Position numbers and translations under genes: made by a program. The notes beneath the pieces are model-generated. The model was given only the letters and a program-made list of their open reading frames with translations. It ran no database searches and was not told the origin of the DNA. Below, piece after piece: positions 17,693 through 25,254 of a DNA stretch of 38,200 bases. Location: positions 1 to 38,200 of the forward strand of contig VGXK01000001.1 in the NCBI GenBank assembly GCA_016873355.1, given 5' to 3'. Source of the DNA: Phycisphaerae bacterium. GTDB taxonomy: Bacteria > Planctomycetota > Phycisphaerae > Phycisphaerales > SM1A02. How positions within the stretch are numbered: position 1 is the first letter of the stretch; every line of letters starts with the position of its first letter.

Positions 17693-18640
17693 TCAGCCGC
17701 CGGGGCCCTTGCGCTGCGTTGCGGCTTCTCGGCCGAACCGTTGGACGCAGTTCCGGCCTCGCTCCTTGGCGCGATAGAGCGCCGCGTCCGCGCACGCCAC
17801 GAGCGCCTCCTGCGACGGCGGGCCCTGCACCGACTCGAGATCGCACACGCCGAAACTCGCCGTCACCACGAGATCGCCGCTCACCGGCCACGCCTGGGAC
17901 TCGATCGCGGCGCGATGGCGCTCCGCCACTTCCGAGGCCTCGGCGACGCCCGTGTTCGGCAGGATCACGCCGAACTCCTCGCCGCCGTAGCGGCACGCGA
18001 TGTCGCTGGTGCGCCCCGACGAGAGGATCTGCGCCATGCGTTCGATCACCGTGTCGCCGAAGGGATGGCCGTACTGATCGTTGATTCGCTTGAAGCGATC
18101 CAGGTCGCACATGAGCAGCGACACCGGCTGCTTGTGGCGGATCGCCTCCGAGACCTCCTGCTGCAGGCGCTGCTCGAAGTAGCGGCGATTCCAGAGACCA
18201 CTGAGGCCGTCGATCTGCGCCTTCTGCTCGAGCATGCGGAAGAGGTGCTGCATGCGCAACGCGCTTCGCACACGCGCCCGGAGCTCCACCACTTCGAACG
18301 GCTTGGAGATGAAATCGACGGCGCCGAGATCAAGCCCGCGCACGCGATCCATCGTGTCGCCGGTGGCGCTGATGAAGATCACGGCGATCTGCTGCGTCTC
18401 CGGATCGGTCTTCAGGCGCGAGAGCACCTCGAAGCCGTCCATCTCGTCCATCTCGATGTCGAGCAGCACCACTTCGGGGTGCATCTCCCGCGCCATGCGC
18501 AGTCCTTCCGACGCCGACTGCGCGCTGAGGATCTCGATGCGCTCGTGCTGCAGCCGCACGCGCAGGAGCCGATGGATGGGCTCCGAGTCGTCGATGACCA
18601 GCAGTTTCGGAGTCGCGGGCTCGAAGACGCCGTTCCCCAT
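17693..18640 (-). CDS. Response-regulator diguanylate cyclase (REC-GGDEF, WspR/PleD-like)
   Basis: REC LVIDDS, LLDIEM, KPF; GGDEF DGLSGLWNRR, DLDRFKRINDQYGH, I-site RTSD, active site RYGGEEF. Confidence 0.96.
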   Translation of the reverse strand: MGNGVFEPATPKLLVIDDSEPIHRLLRVRLQHERIEILSAQSASEGLRMAREMHPEVVLLDIEMDEMDGFEVLSRLKTDPETQQIAVIFISATGDTMDRVRGLDLGAVDFISKPFEVVELRARVRSALRMQHLFRMLEQKAQIDGLSGLWNRRYFEQRLQQEVSEAIRHKQPVSLLMCDLDRFKRINDQYGHPFGDTVIERMAQILSSGRTSDIACRYGGEEFGVILPNTGVAEASEVAERHRAAIESQAWPVSGDLVVTASFGVCDLESVQGPPSQEALVACADAALYRAKERGRNCVQRFGREAATQRKGPGG

Positions 18641-18654
18641 GGATCACGCGAGCC

Positions 18655-18996
18655 TCAGCCCGCCTCCGTGACGCGGGCGAGCAATGACACGAACGACTCG
18701 AAGGCGCCGCGAGCGTCGTTCGACGGAGTCGACGCTCGATCCGCTCGCGCAAGGGCCGCTTCGAGCCGGGCTGCCGACTCGCCGATCTCGCCGAATCCGT
18801 AGCCTCCGGCGGCGCCCTTCATCTGATGCGCGATCGTCCGGACGCGGACCCGATCTCCGGAGCTCCACGCCTGTCGCAGTTCGTGCAATCGGTTCGGAAC
18901 TTCGGCGACGAAGAACGCCACGATCTCGCGCATCTCCGGATCATCGGCGAAACGACTGCGGATGGGGTCGGCGGTCATCGCGGCGCCATTGTCCAT
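18655..18996 (-). CDS. Stand-alone Hpt (histidine phosphotransfer) protein
   Basis: AHQMKGAAGGYGF signature in a helical ~110-aa ORF; alternative start 18978. Confidence 0.9.
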   Translation of the reverse strand: MDNGAAMTADPIRSRFADDPEMREIVAFFVAEVPNRLHELRQAWSSGDRVRVRTIAHQMKGAAGGYGFGEIGESAARLEAALARADRASTPSNDARGAFESFVSLLARVTEAG

Positions 18997-19275
18997 GACG
19001 ACTCGATGATCGCTCGGCGGGTTGTGGTCGATCAATGCACGCTCCTCCACTCGACCCCGGAATCTCCGATCCGCCGCGGGGCCCTCCAAGGGACATTGTG
19101 GCAGAAGGCACGACCGAAGGTGGGTCTGGACCGGGAACGCGTTCGAGTCGGCCCCTGCAAGCGGTTCGACGGCGATCGCCGTCGTGCGCCAATCGCGGGC
19201 CTTCACGCGACGCCCTACACTCGGATCGTTCTTCTTCGCCCCGCCGCACGAAAGTGCTGCGTCAGGAGCTTTCCC

Positions 19276-20256
19276 GTGATTCCCAAGCCTCCGCCCCGCG
19301 AGGGGCAGCTCGGCTTCATCTACTCGCCGCCGTACCGCATCCAGGGAATCTCGATCGCCGGCGAACAGACGGCGATCCACTGCCCCGAACTCGATCTCGC
19401 CTTCGACGTGGGACTCTGCCCGCGTCCGGTGCTCACCGCGTCGATCGTGGCGCTTTCGCACGCGCACATGGATCACTCGGCGGGCATTCCGTACTACTTC
19501 AGCCAGCGCACCTTCCAGAAGCTCGGCACGGGGCACGTGGTCTGCCATCCCGAGCTCGAAGCGCCGCTTCGCCAGATGATGGCCGGGTGGATCGATCTGG
19601 AGCGACAGCGCACGCCGCATGAGATCACGGCGCTGGCGCCCGATGCGTCGATGAGGATCCGCCCGAATCTGCTGCTCCGCGCAATCGAAGTGAGCCACAC
19701 CGGGCCGAGCCTGGGCTTCTGCGCCGTGGAGACGCGAAGCAAGCTGCGCCCCGAGTTCCGCGACCTCCCGCAGGAACGGCTGCGCGAGCTGCGCCTGGGC
19801 GGCACGGCGATCACGCACGCCGTGGAGATCCCGCTCGTGGCGTACACCGGCGACACGGAGATCGGCCCGTGTCTCTTCCGCGACGAATTCGCGCAGGCGG
19901 GAATCGTGGTCACGGAATGCACGTTCTTCGAGGCGGAACATCGAGATCGCGCCAAGGTCGGCAAGCACCTGCACGTGGAAGACCTCAAGACGCTGCTGAA
20001 GGCATGGAGCGCTCGCGACGTGGTCGTGGTGCACGTGTCGCGGCGCACGAACCTGGCGTTCGCGCGCGAGCGCCTGCGCGAAGTCTGCGGCGACGACGCG
20101 GAGCGCGTGCATCTGCTCATGGATCATCGCGCGAACCGCGCGCGATTCGAGCGTCAGCAGGCCGAGAGCGAATCCTCCGTCGCTGTCAAGGGGGAGTCCG
20201 ATGCGTCGTCGTCGAGCGAACCGCGCGACGAGGATCGCGCGTTGAATTCCGGTTGA
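19276..20256 (+). CDS. rnz: MBL-fold hydrolase, short-form tRNase Z (TM/plant type)
   Basis: GISIAGEQT..AFDVGLCP, SHAHMDH, short arm KLRPEFRDLPQERLRELR, AYTGDT, ECTF, HLH, VHVSRR; AGGAG RBS before GTG. Confidence 0.78.
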   Translation: MIPKPPPREGQLGFIYSPPYRIQGISIAGEQTAIHCPELDLAFDVGLCPRPVLTASIVALSHAHMDHSAGIPYYFSQRTFQKLGTGHVVCHPELEAPLRQMMAGWIDLERQRTPHEITALAPDASMRIRPNLLLRAIEVSHTGPSLGFCAVETRSKLRPEFRDLPQERLRELRLGGTAITHAVEIPLVAYTGDTEIGPCLFRDEFAQAGIVVTECTFFEAEHRDRAKVGKHLHVEDLKTLLKAWSARDVVVVHVSRRTNLAFARERLREVCGDDAERVHLLMDHRANRARFERQQAESESSVAVKGESDASSSSEPRDEDRALNSG

Positions 20257-20281
20257 CGGCCCTCGGAACTCGCTCTACATT
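20253..20281 (+). promoter_or_regulatory. sigma70-type promoter of dnaA
   Basis: TTGACG (20253-20258), 17-bp spacer, TACATT (20276-20281), about 190 nt upstream of the dnaA ATG. Confidence 0.7.
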
Positions 20282-20467
20282 GCCGCCCGTCGAACTCACG
20301 CTCCCGCGCTGGTGGGCACTCGTGCGAGAGCTTGTGCGGAACTGGGTTGAACGGTTCGAATGCTTGGCTTCGCAGTGCGCCGACGCGCCTGCGGATTCTT
20401 TGGTGGGCGGAGTCGGTGTGTTCAGGCTGCCCGTGAGCACGCGGACGATTCCCGTGGAAGGGCGCGC

Positions 20468-21826
20468 ATGTCGCGAGCGGACCGTGAACTGCGGGACGGC
20501 ATTCTGGCGTACCTGCGGAAGCACCATTCCGGGCTCTGCCGCCACTGGTTCGACGACATCTCGGTGATCGGGATCGAGGGAGGCGTGCTGCGGCTCGTCA
20601 TGGAGGACGAGGTTCGACGCCGCTATCTGCAGCGCAGCGCGGCGCCGGCATTCGCGGAGGCGGCGCAGACGGTGACTGGGCGCCTGCTTGCCGTGCGATT
20701 CCTCGCGTCGAAGACGGGCTCGCCCGCCATCGATCGCGCCGACGGCACGAACGCGGACGGCTCGGAGCCGCCGGTGTCGCTCGACGACCAGATGATCCTG
20801 AGCCCCGACTTCAGCTTCGATCAGTTCGTGATGGGGCCGGAGAATCGGCTGGCGCATGCGGCGGCGCAGGCGGTGGCCGACCGGCCGGGGCGTGCGTACA
20901 ACCCGTTCGTCATCCACGGAGGCGTCGGACTTGGAAAGACGCACCTCCTTCAGGCCGTCTGCCAGGCGGTGCTTTCGCGCCAGCCATCGACGCGGGTGAC
21001 CTACATCAACTGCAGCACGTTCATCGACGCCTTCCACGACTGCGTGAAGGCCGGCCGCATGCCGGAGTTCCGCAACCGCTTCCGCATGGTCGACATGCTC
21101 GTCATCGACGACGTGCACCTCCTGTCGCGACACGAGCAGACGCAGGAGGAGTTCTTCCACACCTTCAACGCGCTGCACCAGGCCGGCAAGCAGATCATCC
21201 TGAGCGCCGATTCGATCCCGAACGAGATTCCGGCGCTGACCGAGCGGCTGGTCAGCCGGTTCAACTCGGGGCTGGTGGCGCGGGTCGATCGACCGGGATT
21301 CGAAACGAGAGTGGCGATCGTCAAGGCCAAGGCGCAACTCCACCAATTGACATTGCCGGAGGACGTGCCCGCATATGTCGCGGCTCGGGTGGCCTCGAAC
21401 ATCCGCGAGCTCGAGGGGGCGCTCGCGAGATTGCGGGCGCTGGCGCTGGCCACCGCGCGGCCGATCGACCTCGATCTCGCGAAGTTGGCGCTCGCCGACG
21501 AAGGGCGCCCCGACGACGAGCGCAGCCCCTCGATCCAGACGATCCTCGAAGCGGTGGTCCGCTACTACAACCTGCGGCTGGCGGACCTGCTCGGCAAGCG
21601 CCGGCACAAGTCCGTGGCATTGCCGCGGCAGGTGGCCATGTGGCTTGCGCGACGGCACACGCGGCACAGCCTGGAGGAGATCGGCGGCCACCTGGGCGGC
21701 CGTGATCACAGCACGGTGCTGCACGCGGTGCGGACGGTCGATCACCGCCGCGAACGCGATCCAACCCTGTCGAGCGACGTGGCCCGGCTCGAGCGATCGC
21801 TCGAGCGGCGGCACGCCACCGAGTGA
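20468..21826 (+). CDS. dnaA: Chromosomal replication initiator DnaA
   Basis: FDQFVMGPENRLA, YNPFVIHGGVGLGKTHLL, Walker B LVIDDVH, QEEFFHTFN, NIRELEGAL, domain IV RQVAMWL..GGRDHSTVLHA. Confidence 0.98.
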   Translation: MSRADRELRDGILAYLRKHHSGLCRHWFDDISVIGIEGGVLRLVMEDEVRRRYLQRSAAPAFAEAAQTVTGRLLAVRFLASKTGSPAIDRADGTNADGSEPPVSLDDQMILSPDFSFDQFVMGPENRLAHAAAQAVADRPGRAYNPFVIHGGVGLGKTHLLQAVCQAVLSRQPSTRVTYINCSTFIDAFHDCVKAGRMPEFRNRFRMVDMLVIDDVHLLSRHEQTQEEFFHTFNALHQAGKQIILSADSIPNEIPALTERLVSRFNSGLVARVDRPGFETRVAIVKAKAQLHQLTLPEDVPAYVAARVASNIRELEGALARLRALALATARPIDLDLAKLALADEGRPDDERSPSIQTILEAVVRYYNLRLADLLGKRRHKSVALPRQVAMWLARRHTRHSLEEIGGHLGGRDHSTVLHAVRTVDHRRERDPTLSSDVARLERSLERRHATE

Positions 21827-22240
21827 CTGACGGCCGGCACGACGCCCTCGGCGAGCGGTCCTGACCCTGGTCCTGTGGACAACCCGTCCTCGAGCTGTCT
21901 CGCGTCGGCGTCGGCGAAGGCCGATTCCACGCCGAAATCGAGCACCCGGACGAGCCCCAGGGCGACACTGACTGCAGCGGCACCGGCAGCGACTCGCTGT
22001 TGACAGGCTTTCCACCGCGGAATCGGGTGCTCAACGCCCTGATTCCCTGCGGTTTCCAAGCCGAACGGGTTCAACCATCCACAGTCGGACAGGGCTCTCT
22101 GCTGATAGGGAGAAAGAGTTCTTATGGAAGGGTGACACCGAGCCGCCGTGGCCTGCAGGATCTGTCATCGGCGCCATGGGCCGAAGGCGGGCGTGCCGTC
22201 GAATCCGGTATCAGATTCGCTGCGCGTGACCTGTGGATAA
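21827..22240. other. Candidate replication origin (oriC) downstream of dnaA
   Basis: Gene-free gap next to dnaA with DnaA boxes TGTGGACAA (21874-21882), CCATCCACA (22075-22083) and perfect TGTGGATAA (22232-22240); AT-richer patch ~22104-22130. Confidence 0.55.
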
Positions 22241-23191
22241 CCGTCCGACGGCGAGCGGCCCGCGGGTTCGCAGGGGCTGGCACCCGGGACAGAACCAGGT
22301 GCCGCGTCCCGCGACGACGATGCGTCGAATCATCGACCGATCGCCGCGCGACCGGCAGCGCTCGCAGTCGGCGCCGGCGCGTCCGTAGACGCGATGCTGG
22401 CGCTGATACGAACCGAAATCTCCCGACGGATCTCGATAGTCGCGGACGGTGGAGCCGCCCTGTTCGATCGCGTCGCGCAGCACGATCCGGATCGCGTCGA
22501 CGAACTCGACGGCGAGGTGCGCCAGTCGATTCGCGCGGATGCAGGGATGCATGGCGATGCGGTGCATGATCTCGTCGGCGTAGATGTTGCCGATGCCGGC
22601 GACGATCGCCTGATCGAGAAGCAGGCTCTTGATCGGGCGTTTCGATCGGCGCAGCGATGCGGCAAGCTCCGTTGCATCGAGGTCGAGCGCGTCGGGACCC
22701 AGGTTCGACCAGTGCCGATCGAGTGCGCCTCGGGTCGGCAGCGCGGCGAGGCCGCCGAAACGGCGCGGATCCACGAAGCGCAGTTCGTAGTCGCGCTCGC
22801 CCGCGCGAAGCGACCACTCGGCGTGCGTGTGCGGAATCCGAGGCGCCGGCCATGGAGCCGGGCCGCCGTTCGCCCGCTGGTCGAGCAGCAGTCGCCCGCT
22901 CATGCCGAGCTGGACGAGCAGCACGCGGCCATCCTCCGCGACCAGCGCCAGTTGCTTGCCGCGGCGAACGAGCGACTCGATCGTCGCTCCGACGAGCAGC
23001 GAGCGTTCCGCGGCGGCGCTGCGGGGCCGGAGCGCCCGCTCCGGGCCTCCGCCCCGGCGCGGCAGGCGTTCATGCCGCTCGAGCGAGCGCAGCACGTCGC
23101 GCCGGCGCAGCAGTGCGCGCAGAACCGAGGCGCCCCTCAGGTGCGCCTCGAGTCGGCGGCGGATGGTCTCGACCTCGGGAAGCTCGGGCAT
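22211..23191 (-). CDS. mutM: Formamidopyrimidine-DNA glycosylase / AP lyase
   Basis: N-terminal PELPEVE, RRGK, QLGMSG, DPRRFG, H2TH IKSLLLDQAIVAGIGNIYADE, zinc finger CERC..RGTWFCPGCQ. Confidence 0.96.
   Translation of the reverse strand: MPELPEVETIRRRLEAHLRGASVLRALLRRRDVLRSLERHERLPRRGGGPERALRPRSAAAERSLLVGATIESLVRRGKQLALVAEDGRVLLVQLGMSGRLLLDQRANGGPAPWPAPRIPHTHAEWSLRAGERDYELRFVDPRRFGGLAALPTRGALDRHWSNLGPDALDLDATELAASLRRSKRPIKSLLLDQAIVAGIGNIYADEIMHRIAMHPCIRANRLAHLAVEFVDAIRIVLRDAIEQGGSTVRDYRDPSGDFGSYQRQHRVYGRAGADCERCRSRGDRSMIRRIVVAGRGTWFCPGCQPLRTRGPLAVGRLSTGHAQRI
22232..22240 (-). promoter_or_regulatory. Perfect DnaA box TTATCCACA
   Basis: Exact match to the E. coli consensus on the minus strand, inside the last codons of mutM. 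Confidence 0.7.
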
Positions 23192-23201
23192 CGGCGCTTC
23201 A

Positions 23202-23207
23202 TATACT
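23202..23207 (+). promoter_or_regulatory. Putative -10 box (TATACT) of the leaderless moxR operon transcript
   Basis: Near-consensus -10, 6 nt before ATG 23214, in a 22-bp divergent gap. Confidence 0.55.
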
Positions 23208-23213
23208 TCGCCC

Positions 23214-24290
23214 ATGTCCACTCAGCCATCGCCGCCGTCCTCGCCGCAACCAGGCCATGTGCGAAGCCAGGATCCGGTGAAGGCGATCGCCGAGACGCGG
23301 GAAGCGATCGGCCGGCTGCGCGCGGAGGTGCAGAAGGTGATCGTGGGGCAGGAGCAGGTCTTCGACCAGATCCTGCTCGCCATCTTCTGCGGCAGCCACG
23401 CGATCCTCGAAGGCGTGCCGGGACTGGCGAAGACGCTCATCATCAGCACGATCGCGAAATCGATGTCGCTCGAGTTCAGCCGCATCCAGTTCACGCCCGA
23501 CCTGATGCCGAGCGACATGACGGGCACCGAGGTGATCGAGGAGGACAAGTCGACGGGATCGCGCAGCCTTCGCTTCGTGCGCGGACCGATCTTTGCGCAC
23601 GTGGTGCTGGCGGACGAGATCAATCGCACGCCGCCGAAGACGCAGGCGGCGCTGCTCGAAGCGATGCAGGAGCGACAGGTCACCGTCGGCGGCGTGGCCC
23701 ACAAGCTGCCGACGCCGTTCTTCGTGCTCGCCACGCAGAACCCGATCGAGCAGGAAGGCACCTACCCGCTTCCCGAGGCGCAGCTCGATCGTTTCATGTT
23801 CAACATCCGCGTGCAGTACCCGAGCGAGCAGGAGGAATTCGAAGTGGTGCGCCGCACCACGAGCGGCACGGCGCCCGAGCCTTCGCCGGTGCTCGGTGCG
23901 CGCGACGTCACGCGCATCCAGGAGCTCGTGCGGCAGGTGCCGATCGCCGACCATCTCGTGCAATACGCGCTTCGGCTCGTGCGGGCGACGCGCTCCGGCG
24001 AGCACTCACCGAAGATCGTTCGCGATTACCTCTCCTGGGGCGCCGGCCCGCGCGCGAGTCAGTTCCTGGTGCTCGCCGCCAAGGCGCTTGCGGTGCTCGA
24101 GGGCGCCGAGCACGTCATGCCGGCGCACCTCCAGGCGGTGGCGCCGCCGATCCTTCGGCATCGGATCATCACGAACTTCAACGCCGAAGCCGACGGCGTC
24201 TCGAGCGATCGCATCGTCGAGACGCTGCTCGAGGAGATTCCCATCGATCGAGCCGCCGCGTCCGCACCGATCGGCCGCGTGATCTCGTAG
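23214..24290 (+). CDS. moxR: MoxR-family AAA+ ATPase
   Basis: Walker A EGVPGLAKT, RIQFTPDLMPSD, Walker B LADEINR, ATQNPIEQEGTYPLPEAQLDRF, GAGPRA, LRHRI. Confidence 0.96.
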   Translation: MSTQPSPPSSPQPGHVRSQDPVKAIAETREAIGRLRAEVQKVIVGQEQVFDQILLAIFCGSHAILEGVPGLAKTLIISTIAKSMSLEFSRIQFTPDLMPSDMTGTEVIEEDKSTGSRSLRFVRGPIFAHVVLADEINRTPPKTQAALLEAMQERQVTVGGVAHKLPTPFFVLATQNPIEQEGTYPLPEAQLDRFMFNIRVQYPSEQEEFEVVRRTTSGTAPEPSPVLGARDVTRIQELVRQVPIADHLVQYALRLVRATRSGEHSPKIVRDYLSWGAGPRASQFLVLAAKALAVLEGAEHVMPAHLQAVAPPILRHRIITNFNAEADGVSSDRIVETLLEEIPIDRAAASAPIGRVIS

Positions 24291-24297
24291 AAGCTTC

Positions 24298-25254
24298 ATG
24301 CGAGCCGAGCAGTACCTGGCGCCGGAGACGCTCTCGCAGCTCGCGCCGTTCTCGCTGCGGGCGCGGATGATCGTCGAGGGCGTGATGAGCGGCATGCACC
24401 GCTCTCCGTACCAGGGCCTCGCCGTCGAATTCGCGGAGCATCGTCCGTACACGCCCGGCGAAAGCCTTCGGCATCTCGACTGGAAGGTCTACGGGCGCAG
24501 CGACAAGCTCTACGTGAAGCGCTACCTCCAGGAGACGAACCTGGACGTGGTGCTGCTGATCGACGCCTCCGCGTCGATGCGCTTCGGAACGCTCGGTCAG
24601 AAGTCGGGATGGGGCGGAACCGAGGCGGGACGATCGCGCTCGCTGTGGACCAAGTTCGATTGCGCCACGGCCACGGCGGTGGCGCTCGCATACCTCTGCC
24701 TCGCGCAGCGGGACCGCGTGGGGCTCGTGCTCTTCGCCGACGGCGTGCAGGCGTCGCTGCGGCGATCGGGCGTGCGCGACCAGTGGCGCAAGATCGTGCA
24801 GGCGCTGACCACGGAACCGGTCGAACGCGCCACGATGATCGGCCGCAGCTGCGACGAAGTGCTGGCGACGACCCGCGGCCGCTGCCTCTTCTTCATCCTG
24901 AGCGACTTCCTCTTCCCGCCGGAGGAACTGCGGCTCGCGCTCGCGCGGCTGCGGCATCGAGGACACGACGTCGTGCTCGTCGAGATCCTCGACCGCCAGG
25001 AGATCCGCTTCGAGCTCGACGATCCGACGATCTTCGAGGGACTCGAAGGCGAGCCGCGCGTGATGGCGGACGCACGGCTTCTGCGGCGCGCCTACCTTGA
25101 CGAGCTCGCACGACATCGCGCGGAGATCGAACGACTCGTGCGCGGGTTCGGATACGACCGCGTGTCGCTCGACAGCCACGATTCGGTCGGTCCCGCGCTC
25201 GCCTCGCTGCTGGCGCGGCGCGAGGCGCTGGCGCGGCGGAGCGGCGCCGGATGA
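24298..25254 (+). CDS. DUF58 / vWA-like protein
   Basis: GMHRSPYQGLAVEFAEHRPYTPGE.LRHLDWK, LYVKRY, MIDAS-like LIDASASM, ILSDF. Confidence 0.94.
   Translation: MRAEQYLAPETLSQLAPFSLRARMIVEGVMSGMHRSPYQGLAVEFAEHRPYTPGESLRHLDWKVYGRSDKLYVKRYLQETNLDVVLLIDASASMRFGTLGQKSGWGGTEAGRSRSLWTKFDCATATAVALAYLCLAQRDRVGLVLFADGVQASLRRSGVRDQWRKIVQALTTEPVERATMIGRSCDEVLATTRGRCLFFILSDFLFPPEELRLALARLRHRGHDVVLVEILDRQEIRFELDDPTIFEGLEGEPRVMADARLLRRAYLDELARHRAEIERLVRGFGYDRVSLDSHDSVGPALASLLARREALARRSGAG

Noticed and set aside
19125..19170. GTTCGAGTC resembling a tRNA T-loop
   Set aside because: No flanking T-stem, cloverleaf or CCA could be built.
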